This document shows, one piece after another, positions 27,711 to 38,200 of a DNA stretch of 64,000 bases. The translations under genes and the position numbers were made by a program. Position 1 is the first letter of the stretch; the number at the start of each line of letters is the position of its first letter. The notes below the pieces were generated by a model, which searched no databases, was not told where the DNA came from, and saw only the letters and a list, made by a program, of their open reading frames with translations. The DNA comes from an uncultured Prevotellaceae bacterium (lineage in GTDB: Bacteria; Bacteroidota; Bacteroidia; Bacteroidales; Bacteroidaceae), in assembly GCA_902775475.1 (NCBI GenBank), contig CACYME010000005.1, positions 29,642 to 93,641 on the forward strand, given 5' to 3'.

Positions 27711-27881
27711 CATATAAATCATTTCGGTGTTTAGAAGGGACTACGAAAACGGGCTAAACGGGTGTTATAAACAGACAAACTCGTTGTATAGAAATGGCAA
27801 ATTGTCTGTTTTTACCTCATTTTGTAAGAAAGCGACAATTTTTTGTAAATTTTAGACAATAAGATTTCTAATAATTCTCAC

Positions 27882-27889
27882 TAACTTTG
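27882..27889 (+). promoter_or_regulatory. -7 promoter box TAACTTTG, the only such box found by eye in front of or inside the 22-kb cluster
   Basis: Matches TAnnTTTG, 13 nt upstream of ATG 27902. The TTG start at 27887 used by the ORF track lies inside the box. Confidence 0.55.
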
Positions 27890-27901
27890 CAACAACAGAA
27901 A

Positions 27902-28315
27902 ATGCTCATTTATGTGTTCATCAAAATGAATCAATTTAAGCATATCGAAGAACAGCTCCATCAGCTCCAGCTGAGCACCGCCGAGAAGGCTTTTCTCGAC
28001 GATGTGAGGACCTACATCCTGAGCAACATGGCCGAGGGTCACCTCTCCGTGGAGTCGGTTGCTGAAGGGCTGTTCATCCACGAGTCTAAACTGCGCCGCC
28101 GCATCGCCCAGTCCACGGGGCTCACCCCCCGGATGTTCCTGGCCGTGGTGCGCATGGAGCGCGCCTGCGAGTTCCTGACCACCTATCCCGCCATGACCAT
28201 CGAGCAGATTGCCTACGAATGCGGCTTCGCCGACCACAGCCACTTCACCCACTCCTTCCGCCGGCTCTTCGGCATGAGCCCCACCAGCTATGCCAGACAG
28301 CTGTCTGCTTCCTGA
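27902..28315 (+). CDS. Small AraC/XylS-family HTH transcriptional regulator (DNA-binding domain plus short N-terminal region)
   Basis: LFIHESKLRRRIAQSTGLTPRMFLAVVRMERACEFLTTYPAMTIEQIAYECGFADHSHFTHSFRRLFGMSPTSYARQ. Confidence 0.85.
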   Translation: MLIYVFIKMNQFKHIEEQLHQLQLSTAEKAFLDDVRTYILSNMAEGHLSVESVAEGLFIHESKLRRRIAQSTGLTPRMFLAVVRMERACEFLTTYPAMTIEQIAYECGFADHSHFTHSFRRLFGMSPTSYARQLSAS

Positions 28316-28343
28316 GAACAATCACCTCCAAAATAAGTGCGAT

Positions 28344-30152
28344 ATGAAAAAGACACTTCTCCTGCTGACCACCCTGCTGAGCCTCGGTCTCGGTGCATAC
28401 GCGCAGAGCGCATGGACCGGGCCCGACGCCCACCAGTATAACGACGAGACCGTCGTCTATGCCACGCTGAGCATCAACGGCCATGCCGCCGGAGCCGACA
28501 ACGCCGACTACGCCGTGGCCGCCTTCATCGGTGACGAATGCCGCGCCGTGGCCGAGGAGGCCATGACGGGTGTCGGCGGCACGACGCTCTTCGTGCTGCG
28601 CGTGGGCGGCGACCGCGAGGCCGACCAGGGCACCACGCTGCGCTTCGAGGCCCGCTACAAGGCCAAAGGCACTACCTACGCCGTCAGCGCCGCCACCGCC
28701 GTCACGTTCAACAGCGAGAGCTGGGGCCGCCCGTCGCTGCCCGTCGTGCTCAGCGGCGAAGGCTACACGCCACACACGTCGGTCACTGGCTTCGAGTGGA
28801 GCCTCAGCGGCCAGCCCTACAACCGCGAGACTGTGCAGCTCAGGCTGACACCACGGCCCGCCAACGCCACGTTCAGTCCGGCCGACCTGCGTTTCCGCTA
28901 CACCTCCGACTACAACTGGGAGCAGGTGTGGCAGATTGTCGACTTGCAGCTGGCCTCGCGCGAACCTCTTATATATAATGTCACGTTCCAGGTGCCCATG
29001 GGCGCCGACATCAAGGCCTACTGGGCCGACGAGCCCGACGTGGAGGTGCCCCTCTGGCCTGCAGGCGAGACCGAGGCCTACTGCGCCATGACAGCGTGGT
29101 TCCGCCTCGACCTCAAGGAGGGCTGGCAGTGGCGCTCCAACCCCTGCGGCTATCTCTGGGACGACGACCTCGAAGCGGGCTTCGGCCCCTACCTCATCGA
29201 GGCCCGCACGCAGGACGAGCTGCTCTACAACGACCCCTCGTGGGGCTACTTCGGCACGATGATGGAAGGCAACGGCATCGACGACAAAATGGCCTACAAG
29301 GTGCGCATGGCCCAGGACTACCGCTCGCGCACTTTCGGCTCCACCGTCGGAACGGGTGGCGACCCCTTCGAGCTGCCCGTCAGCGAAGGATGGACCTGGA
29401 TGCCCTCGCCCTACCTCTACGACCGTCTGCTGCAGAACATCTTCCAGGCCGACCAGCTCGTTGAGGGCATGGTCATCATCTCGAAGGAAGAAGGCTCGGC
29501 CGAATGGAACGGCAGCCAGTGGGAAGGCGACCTCGAAGTGCTGCCCACCGAGCAGAGCTTCCTCCTCTATATGCCTGAAGGAGCCAGCTTCAACCTCCGC
29601 TTCAACCCCGAGCGCTACATGCCGCAGGGCAACGAGACAGCCCCCACCCCCTCGCGCCGCTCTGAGCAGGCTGAGGGCGCTGCCAGCGTAGGCCACGAGG
29701 TGGCCCGCCGCTTCCGCGACAACCTGACCATGGTGGCCACGCTGTCGCTGGCGGCTAATCAGGCTGACTACCAGCTGCGTGCCTACGTCGGCGACGAACT
29801 GCGCGGCGTGGGCCATGCCGGCCAGGCCGACCGCGTGTTCGTCACCGTCCATGCCGATGGTGGCGAGCGCGTCAGTTTCCGTCTGGCCGACCTGCACACG
29901 GGCGCCGAGTATGCCGTCGACGAAACGGTCGTCGTGGCACAGCCGCGCCTCGGCTCGCTGCGACAGCCCGTGGAGCTCCACGCCACAGCACTCACGCAGG
30001 GCATTGCCGACCTCCCCACGGAAGCCACGGCAACAGCCGCCACCCAGCGCTACGACCTGCAGGGCCGCAGCCTGTCCTCCTCTTCCCCTTCGAAGGGCAT
30101 CGTCATCCGCCGTGCTGCCGACGGCAGCGTCCGCAAGGTGGTGCAGCGGTGA
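28344..30152 (+). CDS. Exported protein of unknown function with a T9SS-like C-terminal tail (602 aa), paralog 1
   Basis: Signal peptide MKKTLLLLTTLLSLGLGAYAQS. N- and C-terminal copies of a ~90-aa FxGDECRG module and a central GWQWRSNPCG...GWTWMPSPY domain. Tail is RYDLQGRSLSSSSPSKGIVIRRAADGSVRKVVQR, resembling the S8 peptidase tail at 15340-15456. Confidence 0.7.
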   Translation: MKKTLLLLTTLLSLGLGAYAQSAWTGPDAHQYNDETVVYATLSINGHAAGADNADYAVAAFIGDECRAVAEEAMTGVGGTTLFVLRVGGDREADQGTTLRFEARYKAKGTTYAVSAATAVTFNSESWGRPSLPVVLSGEGYTPHTSVTGFEWSLSGQPYNRETVQLRLTPRPANATFSPADLRFRYTSDYNWEQVWQIVDLQLASREPLIYNVTFQVPMGADIKAYWADEPDVEVPLWPAGETEAYCAMTAWFRLDLKEGWQWRSNPCGYLWDDDLEAGFGPYLIEARTQDELLYNDPSWGYFGTMMEGNGIDDKMAYKVRMAQDYRSRTFGSTVGTGGDPFELPVSEGWTWMPSPYLYDRLLQNIFQADQLVEGMVIISKEEGSAEWNGSQWEGDLEVLPTEQSFLLYMPEGASFNLRFNPERYMPQGNETAPTPSRRSEQAEGAASVGHEVARRFRDNLTMVATLSLAANQADYQLRAYVGDELRGVGHAGQADRVFVTVHADGGERVSFRLADLHTGAEYAVDETVVVAQPRLGSLRQPVELHATALTQGIADLPTEATATAATQRYDLQGRSLSSSSPSKGIVIRRAADGSVRKVVQR

Positions 30153-30223
30153 ACGACTCCTATCGACAGTAAGCATAAAATCAGAAACAATCAATATTAA
30201 CAACCAAAAAAACAGTAACAGTT

Positions 30224-33200
30224 ATGAAAAAGCTATTATCACTGCTGATGGTCTTATGCTGCGCCATCGGAGCATCAGCACAGCAAGGCTGGACAGCCCG
30301 CACGGGCCAGTCGCAGGACAGAACGGTCGTCATAGCCGACTTTTCCGTAACCAATGGTGCGTCTGTCTATGAAGGCAACTGGCGAATTGGCGTCTTCGTC
30401 GGCGGCGAGTGCCGCTTGGTAACGAGTGACAACGCTCAAGGCGTACTGACGCACATGAACAACCAACAGTTCCTGATGCTCGAGGTTCCCGGCAACTTCG
30501 ACGATGAGAACGACGAGGGCAAGGAAATCGTCATCAAAGTCAGTTCATCGATGGGCGACGTCTACACCCTGAAGCCCGACCAGACGCTGACATGGCAGCC
30601 TGAGACCACCTACGGCGTAGGCTCCGGCCCCCGTGTGCAGTTGGCACTCACCCTTCCCGCCGAAGTCACTCTTAGTGGTTTCAGAATCGATGCAGGAAAC
30701 AGTGTCGACCTGACAAACTTCCTGAACGTCAGTCCCGCTAATGCTCAGATTCCTGAGAATCTCATCTGGTACGTTGGCAACAACTACTATCAGCCAGGTG
30801 ACTACGGTCAGTTTGCCACCATCAGCGGCAGCACGCTGACCGCCGTGAAGCCCAACCTGAGCGAAGGCGAGAACCTGCCTATTCCCTACGGCTTCGTCAT
30901 CAATGCAGGCAACTACATGCCACTAATCGTCAATGGCAACCCTGTTGAGAACGCATCTTTCTACATCGAGCAACCCGCTACGACCCTGACCATCGTCACC
31001 GAGACATTTGAGGTAGAGAGGGGCTTTGCTGAGGAACTGACCGTCTTCATGCGCAACCAACACAACTACAAGGCCTACAGCACCACCCCAGAAGAAATTA
31101 CCGACGAGGTGAAGTGGGAAATTGAGGATGCTACCTACATCCAGGAAGATCAGGGCACGTGGGAACCCATCAAGGGCGGCACCACCCGCATCCGCCCCTA
31201 CATTGAGCGCGCTGACGGCAACCTCTACCCCGAGGGCAACAAGTGGATTACGGTCAACATCATCGTGCCCGTAGAAGAAGCTTATTTCAACTGGCCTTAC
31301 GACCCACAGACGCAGCAACAGATCACCTTTAAGTGCAATGTTGGCGACGAGAACATCCTTCAGCACCTAGACCAATATGTGAGAATTCTTCCTTTGGATG
31401 CTACCGACAGGACTTACACCATCACCGACATCAGCTCTTACGGTTCGCCTCAAGAACTTGGCTACAGGCCTGTACTTTATGTCAATTCCGACAATACCAT
31501 CGAAGCCAGTGCGTCTGGTTATGCCGAACTCCTGATTCAACCCAATGGCATTGGTGGCGAAGATTTGGCATTCACTGTATTTGTAGAAGTGGACGATCCT
31601 CTCAAGGAGGTAAGCTTCACCGAGGATCCCCTTACATTCGACTCAGCAACCAACACGCTCGAAACCATCACCAGCGGAATCCGTCGTAACATCATCTGGC
31701 AAGATGAGTACAAGGCCTTGCAATTCGGAACGCTTAGCGTAGCGGGTGTTCTCACTGGCTCTGGTGAATTCTCGGCCAACGGTCCCATGCTGACCCTGAA
31801 CAACACGGAAATCCCAAAGGGCGAGAGCACCATTACCGTCAGACTCGGATGGAATGACTACAGCCAATACGACGGTACGGAAGAGTCCATCGCTCAGCAG
31901 TGGAACGCAGGCCAGAGCTTCAAGGTCGTCATCACCATGGGCCTCGACCACTTCACCATCACCGTCACCCCAAGCAGCGATGATCCCACCCGCGGCACCA
32001 TCACTCTGACGCCCGTGCCTGCTGACGCCGACTTCGACTGGGCCGACTACGCAGACATCCTCACCGTCAGCAGCGATTACTACGATAGCTCTTGGCACAC
32101 CATCGACATCAAGGCTGGAGGCGAAGGCATCTACACCTACGTGGCGCTGCTGCCTGGAATGTTCGCTGCCAACTGCGACCCTGACGAAGAGGACGTGTTT
32201 TTTGAGGTTCCCTACAGGGTCACCTTCGCCAACGGATGGCAGTGGAAGAGTAATCCTTACGGCGATATGATGTCGAACAAGAACCTCTATAGTTACTTTG
32301 GTGACGACCTTGCTGAGGCCCGCACCTACGACAAGCTGCTTTACAACGATACCGAATGGGGCTACTGGGGCTCGCTCTACGACAGCCAAGAAATCGCCAT
32401 CGAGCAGGCTCAGATGTATAAGGTGAAGATGAATGCCGCCCATGAGACCTTCCTATACGGTGGTAATAGTGCAGAATGGAACGAATTTAACGTTGCCAAG
32501 GGCTGGAATTGGATTGGCTCGCCTTACTTCTATAAGCGCACGCTGGATCGCATCACAACTCCCGTCGATGGAATGATCGTCGTGGGCAAGACAGGCTCGG
32601 CCGAATACGACTACAACAGCAACACCTGGAGCGGCGATTTGAAGGCCATCGAGCCTGGACAGGGCTATTACGTCTACATGCCCGCAGAGACAGAGACCGG
32701 AACCATTATTCTGGAATGTGAGGTCTTCGGACACATGAATCAGAGCGACGATGGCGGCGCCGGTGCCCGTGCTGCCCGCCAGAGCGTATGGAGCTACGAT
32801 CACTCGCGCTTCGCCAACAACATGACGATGGTGGCCGAGGTGAGCGACCTTGACAATCCCGAGGAGTACACCATCGGTGCATTCGTCGACGGTGAGTGCC
32901 GCGGTGAGGGTATCTTCGAGGATGGACGCGCCTTCATCACAGTACACACCGACGGCGGCGAGCAGGTGGCACTGCGCCTGCACAACGAGCTCACCGGCGA
33001 ATACACTGACATCGACCAGACCATCAGCACCACGGCCATGCGCCTCGGCTCGCTGAAGGCTCCCGTGCAGCTCACGGCACAAGGCGTCGTCACCGGCATC
33101 AGCACCGTAGAGGGCGCACAGCAGCCGACAGAGCGCTTCGACCTGAACGGACGCACCGTGAAGGGCAACCACAAGGGCATGACCATCGTGCGCCAGGCCG

Positions 33201-33229
33201 ATGGCAGCGTCCGCAAGGTAGTTCGCTAA
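30224..33229 (+). CDS. Exported protein of unknown function with a T9SS-like C-terminal tail (1001 aa), paralog 2
   Basis: Signal peptide MKKLLSLLMVLCCAIGASAQQ. It has the same terminal modules (IGVFVGGECRLV; IGAFVDGECRGEG) and central domain GWQWKSNPYG...GWNWIGSPYFY as paralog 1, plus ~400 extra residues of Ig-like segments. Tail is RFDLNGRTVKGNHKGMTIVRQADGSVRKVVR. Confidence 0.7.
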   Translation: MKKLLSLLMVLCCAIGASAQQGWTARTGQSQDRTVVIADFSVTNGASVYEGNWRIGVFVGGECRLVTSDNAQGVLTHMNNQQFLMLEVPGNFDDENDEGKEIVIKVSSSMGDVYTLKPDQTLTWQPETTYGVGSGPRVQLALTLPAEVTLSGFRIDAGNSVDLTNFLNVSPANAQIPENLIWYVGNNYYQPGDYGQFATISGSTLTAVKPNLSEGENLPIPYGFVINAGNYMPLIVNGNPVENASFYIEQPATTLTIVTETFEVERGFAEELTVFMRNQHNYKAYSTTPEEITDEVKWEIEDATYIQEDQGTWEPIKGGTTRIRPYIERADGNLYPEGNKWITVNIIVPVEEAYFNWPYDPQTQQQITFKCNVGDENILQHLDQYVRILPLDATDRTYTITDISSYGSPQELGYRPVLYVNSDNTIEASASGYAELLIQPNGIGGEDLAFTVFVEVDDPLKEVSFTEDPLTFDSATNTLETITSGIRRNIIWQDEYKALQFGTLSVAGVLTGSGEFSANGPMLTLNNTEIPKGESTITVRLGWNDYSQYDGTEESIAQQWNAGQSFKVVITMGLDHFTITVTPSSDDPTRGTITLTPVPADADFDWADYADILTVSSDYYDSSWHTIDIKAGGEGIYTYVALLPGMFAANCDPDEEDVFFEVPYRVTFANGWQWKSNPYGDMMSNKNLYSYFGDDLAEARTYDKLLYNDTEWGYWGSLYDSQEIAIEQAQMYKVKMNAAHETFLYGGNSAEWNEFNVAKGWNWIGSPYFYKRTLDRITTPVDGMIVVGKTGSAEYDYNSNTWSGDLKAIEPGQGYYVYMPAETETGTIILECEVFGHMNQSDDGGAGARAARQSVWSYDHSRFANNMTMVAEVSDLDNPEEYTIGAFVDGECRGEGIFEDGRAFITVHTDGGEQVALRLHNELTGEYTDIDQTISTTAMRLGSLKAPVQLTAQGVVTGISTVEGAQQPTERFDLNGRTVKGNHKGMTIVRQADGSVRKVVR

Positions 33230-33231
33230 AT

Positions 33232-33385
33232 GTTAAGGGTTGAGTGTTGAGAGTTAAGAGTTGAGAGACTTTAGACTGGGCGGCAGGACTGACGTCTCTC
33301 AACACTAAACACTGATCACTCAACACTCAACCCTAATTCAGCAGAACTAAAGTCTCTCAACTCTCAACCCTAAACACTCAAACCT
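33232..33385. terminator. Three-arm GTTGAGA-word hairpin element (one left arm, two alternative right arms) between paralog 2 and the OMP gene
   Basis: The left arm GTTAAGGGTTGAGTGTTGAGAGTTAAGAGTTGAGAGACTTTAG has two possible partners. One is GTCTCTCAACACTAAACAC..CACTCAACACTCAACCCTAA (33293-33335). The other is CTAAAGTCTCTCAACTCTCAACCCTAAAC (33348-33376). It belongs to the same family as 20822-20895. Confidence 0.6.
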
Positions 33386-33388
33386 AAT

Positions 33389-35188
33389 ATGATGAGCAGG
33401 AAAAATAACAATAAGGTACGCGCGTACATTAAATTTATTCTATGTACCGCAGCAATGCTGACCTCTTCCGGATGGAGGGGGCAGGGGGAGGTCTCGGCCC
33501 AGTCCATCACGCTGGGGCAGAACACCATCTCAAACATCGCCAAAAGCGACCCGCTCATCATCACTGGCGCCATCGGCACGCAGAACACCTATTACCACTC
33601 CTCCATAGGCAATGGCTACCGTTCACCGTGGGCCAACTCGTTCTACGCCGACCTTAACATCTCGCTCTATGGCATCTCCATGCCTTTTGCGTTCTACTAC
33701 AGCAACAACAACTCGTCGTGGAGCTTCCCCCACATCTCGTTCCACATCGACCCTACGTACAAGAACTGGCGCGGCCACTTCGGACGCTCCAATATGGGCA
33801 TGCACCCTTATCTGATGAACATGTCGTTCAACGGTGTGGGCCTGGAGTACAACTCCTCAAAAGTGCGCGTAGGAATCTTCCACGGCGAACTGCGCAATGC
33901 CATCAACGACGACCCCGAAAACCCCAGCGCCCGCAACCCGCAATATCGGCGCATGGGCTGGGGCATCAAGGCTGGCTATGGTTCCGGCCGCAACCACCTC
34001 GACCTGTCGTTTCTGCGAGCCTACGACCGCATCAACTCCATCGACCCGCGCTGGCAGGAAAGGATTAATCCACAAGACAACATCGCCGTGGCCGTAAAGG
34101 GCGGACTCGGCATCACCCGCTGGCTCACACTGCAGGGCAACCTGGCCTGGACAGCCTTCTCATCCGACAAGCGCGCCCAACGCCTGCATACCGAGCAAAC
34201 CGACCGCTGGGACAAGGTGTTCGACGCCCGTTACACCTCGCTGATGCGCATTGCCGGCGACATCTCAGCCACACTCAGCCTGAAGGGCTTCAACACCACT
34301 GTGTTCTATCGCATGGTGCAGCCCGACTACACCACCCTGGGACTCTACTACACCTCGAACAACTACCAGTCGCTGGGCATCAACGCCTCGACCACCCTCT
34401 TCAAGAAAGTAACCCTCTCGGCATCGTTCAGCGGCCAGGAGGACAACATAACGCGCCGCCAGCTCTACACCACGCGCGGCTTCGTCTACAACGCTACGGC
34501 TTCCACATCGCTCACAGAGAACCTCGCCCTCACTGCTGGCTACAGCGGCTATCGGCAGCTGCAATCCGACTGCAAAGCCCGCGTCAACGACACCACGCGT
34601 GTCAACCGCATCATGCACTCACTCTATCTCACCCCCTCCTACACTATCGACGGCGAAACCACCGAGAACACCTTCGCGCTCTCGGCCAGCTTCACCAAGA
34701 ACAAAGACCTGAATCGCTTCGCCACAGGCATCAGCGACGTGACGACATTCTCGGCCGGACTCAGCCACTCCATCATGGTGAAGCCATGGGAGATGTCGTT
34801 CTCGACCTCGCTATCCCACCAGCAGTCGAAGGGCTACCAGACACGCTACTCTTCCGAGATTCTCAGCTTCTCCACGGGACGCTCGTTCCTCAAGGAGAAG
34901 AACCTCTATACGTCGGCTGCCCTGTCGCTCTGCTACAACGACGTCCGCAACCAGCAGCGCAACCTCTCTGTGGGAGCCGACATCACGGCAGGCTATACGC
35001 TGGCCAAGGTGCACCAGTTCTCCTTCGCGGCCGGATTCAACAAATACAGCGACACCAACATCTCGGCCGACTACACTTCCATGGGCACCACCGAGATCAG
35101 CCTATCGCTCAACTACAACTACACCTTCTCGCTGCTCCAGCTGAAGAGCAAAAAGACGGCAGATGCGGCCTCCGGCCAAAATAAATAA
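33389..35188 (+). CDS. Putative outer-membrane beta-barrel protein (599 aa), family not recognised
   Basis: Signal peptide ...CTAAMLTSSGWRGQGEVSAQS. The sequence is Y/S/N/G/T-rich with alternating-hydrophobic strands throughout, e.g. LSASFSGQ, LTAGYSGY, FSAGLSHS and ISLSLNYNYTFSL near the C-terminus. Confidence 0.55.
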   Translation: MMSRKNNNKVRAYIKFILCTAAMLTSSGWRGQGEVSAQSITLGQNTISNIAKSDPLIITGAIGTQNTYYHSSIGNGYRSPWANSFYADLNISLYGISMPFAFYYSNNNSSWSFPHISFHIDPTYKNWRGHFGRSNMGMHPYLMNMSFNGVGLEYNSSKVRVGIFHGELRNAINDDPENPSARNPQYRRMGWGIKAGYGSGRNHLDLSFLRAYDRINSIDPRWQERINPQDNIAVAVKGGLGITRWLTLQGNLAWTAFSSDKRAQRLHTEQTDRWDKVFDARYTSLMRIAGDISATLSLKGFNTTVFYRMVQPDYTTLGLYYTSNNYQSLGINASTTLFKKVTLSASFSGQEDNITRRQLYTTRGFVYNATASTSLTENLALTAGYSGYRQLQSDCKARVNDTTRVNRIMHSLYLTPSYTIDGETTENTFALSASFTKNKDLNRFATGISDVTTFSAGLSHSIMVKPWEMSFSTSLSHQQSKGYQTRYSSEILSFSTGRSFLKEKNLYTSAALSLCYNDVRNQQRNLSVGADITAGYTLAKVHQFSFAAGFNKYSDTNISADYTSMGTTEISLSLNYNYTFSLLQLKSKKTADAASGQNK

Positions 35189-35201
35189 TGATAAATGATA
35201 T

Positions 35202-38200
35202 ATGGCTATGAATAAAAAAGAAAGAATAAAGAGTTTCTGCTCAATGATAAAGGACAGTCGATGGATGATGGCGTTAGCCCTATCATTTATCATTTACCAT
35301 TTGTCATTTAGCCGCGCAGCGGCGCAAGACGTGACCCTCCAGGTGACGCCCGTTCAGAGCGTGCTGCCCCCACAGGCCGGCAAGTATATCGACAACCTGG
35401 GCCGCTACTTCAGGGTGACCGTCATCAACAACACCGATGCCGCCCAGCGCATCTACTTTGGCGTTCAGGTGCAGCAGAAGTTCCCCAACGACGTGCTGTG
35501 GATGTCGACCAACGTGGAGACGATGCACATCCCTCAACAGCCCATCGTGCTCTCGCCCAACCAGCACAAGACGCTCAACAGCATCGAACTGAAGCACCTC
35601 TTCGACCACTTCGACTCGCACGACATCTTTGTGCGCGAAGGCCGCTACAAGAACATCCTCGACTCCGAGTTCGGTCTGCTCGACGAAGGACAATACGAGC
35701 TGCAGCTCACCGCCTACAAGTGGGATCCCGAGCTGTCGTCGCCCGTAGTGCTCAACAACCAAACCGATGGCCTGGCCCTCTTCAACATCTGCTACGAGGC
35801 CGAGGCCCCAACGTTCATCAGCCCTATCCGCTCGTTGGTGCCCGATGGTCTGAGCGACCTGGCCATCACCAAGATTAATAAGAAGCAGGCACAGATACGC
35901 TTTGAGTGGACGCAGCCCACGCTCAATTGCAACGCTACGATGGTGAACTACCGCTATCGCATCCGCTTCGTCGAACTCGGCTCGATGATGCCCGACGAGG
36001 CTATGGAGGAGAACACCATCACCTTCCTTGAGCAACGCGAGCTGCTGACCAACAGCTACAGCATACCAACGCCCTACGTCGCCCAGATGATTGCCGACAC
36101 TGCCGCCTACGGCAAAGTCTACGCCATGCAGGTGACGGCCTACACCCCTTATCAGAACAAAAACTCGCTCAACGTCGCTCTCATCAAGAACGAAGGCAAG
36201 AGCGACATCTTCCTCTTCCAGCTCTACGATCCGGAAAAAGCTGACAGAAGCGTTACGAAGGGCGAGGCGAAAGGCTCCGACGTGATAGCAGAAGACGGCG
36301 GGGTGCTCTACCGCTTCGAGCAGCCCACGCTGACATCACCACAGTTTCCTGACAACAGGAGCCGACTGATGTTTGTTGGCGACAGCATCAAGGTGGAGTG
36401 GCGCAAGGCCTGGTTTGCAGGCGGCAAGGGCGAACGCCAGGACACGGTGAACTTTGAGTACACCGTCAACCTCTTCAAGGGAAATACGGCCGACACCCGC
36501 GAGGTGATACTGAAAACCACCAAGCCCTTCTATACAAAGACCACCAAAGAACTGAAGGACACCATCCGATGGAAGGCCATTCAGTCGGAAATCAAATCTG
36601 GCGACTACTGCATCCTGCGCGTCACCGCCAAGCCCACCAACAAGCCCGACTCCATCTTCAAGATGCAGGGCGACTCACTCAACTTCAAGGACTTCGCCTT
36701 CACCTCGCACTTCGACGAGACCTACATGTGCGGACGCAACACCGCCACGGTGGAGAACAAGGAACCCATTGCCGAGAAGCCCAAGGCCGGCACAAGATAC
36801 AAGATTGGACAGTGGAACCTGGAACTCATCGACGAGCCATCCCGCCCGCTGGAGTTCGACAAGGAAAAGAAGACGCTGAAGGGCTTCGGGCGCATCGAAT
36901 GGAGCGTCATGAAACCCAAGGCCTACATCGCCGTGAAGTTCGACAGCCTGAAAGTCAATACCGACGGCATTGTCTTCGACGGCATCTGCAAGACCTACGC
37001 CAAGAGCAGCCAGAAGGTGGATGGCACCGAGTACACCGAAGAGCAGATTGTAGACTCACTGTTCTCGTTGGCCAGCCTCGACAATATCTTCGGCTCGCTG
37101 TCCATCCCGAAAAGTGTTCAGGACCGTGTCACTGGCTATGCCAAGGACGAGGCCACCAATCTGGCGAAGAGCTACAACCTGGGCAAATACTACACCCAGT
37201 ACAAGAAGGCCGAGACCACTTGGGAAAACTGGCAGAAGGGCGACCTGGGCGACCTCTACTTCCCCTTTGAGGCCCCCGATGAGATCAAGAAGTACCTGCC
37301 CAAGGACTTCAGCCTGCAGATTGGCAACATGACATTCTCGCCGTCGTATTCCGTGATGAACCTCATCGGTGCCATCACGCTGCCCAACAGCGACATCTTT
37401 GAAGACCAGAATGTGCTCGTCTTCGGCGCGCCACGCCTGTGCATCTCGCCCGACCGATTCTTCCCCGAGGACGGCGTGCTGGCTCTGCTGAGCAACTTCG
37501 TCATCAGCGACCCGTCGAGCGACTTCAAGCTTGTCTTCAAGGCTCCCTCCGACCCACTTAATCCCGTCACTGAAGACGGCTGCTTCATCAAGTGGGAGAA
37601 TGACGAGTTCGATGCCCTCGGCATGGAGATTGCCATGACCATCCCCAACACCACGCGCGTCGTCGACGGCAAGACACAGAAGGACGTGCCCGCCCTGCTC
37701 GACCTGTGGACCACCATTGAGGCCGGAGGCAACGCATGCGACTTCATCGCCGAAGGTACCATGACACCCTTCCAGGTGAACGACCTGCCCGACTGGACCT
37801 TCACCGTGGGCAAAAAGATTGTCTTTGACCACCACCTGGAGCGCAACGGCAAGAACATGCCCACCCTAAAGACCGTTGAGGAGTGGAGCAACAACACCTA
37901 CGACCTCAAGGAGGTAACCAACTACAAGAGCTGGGAAGCCTGGCAAGGGGTCTACATCGACGAAATCAGCGTCCAGTTCCCCAAGTGGGCGGTCATTGGC
38001 AACGGCGAGAAGGGTGTCACGCTCGGCGGTCAGCACATGATCTTCGATGCATCGGGCGTCACGGCCAAGTTCTTCGCCAAGGATGTGCTGAATGCTGAGA
38101 CGGGCAAGTGTGGCGGATGGAAGTTCACCATCGACGAAGCCAACGTGCAGATAGTGCAAAACAACTTCGACAACTGCTCCATCAAGGGCGGCTTCGGCGT

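Noticed and set aside
28245-30203. 652-aa minus-strand ORF, with many similar long antisense ORFs (e.g. 2912..3772, 4985..5815, 22017..23270, 52324..53172, 57537..58535, 62808..63479)
   Set aside because: All are antisense or out-of-frame shadows of genes with recognisable products or export signals. Their compositions are dominated by R, A, G, P, H and V, as expected for off-frame GC-rich sequence.
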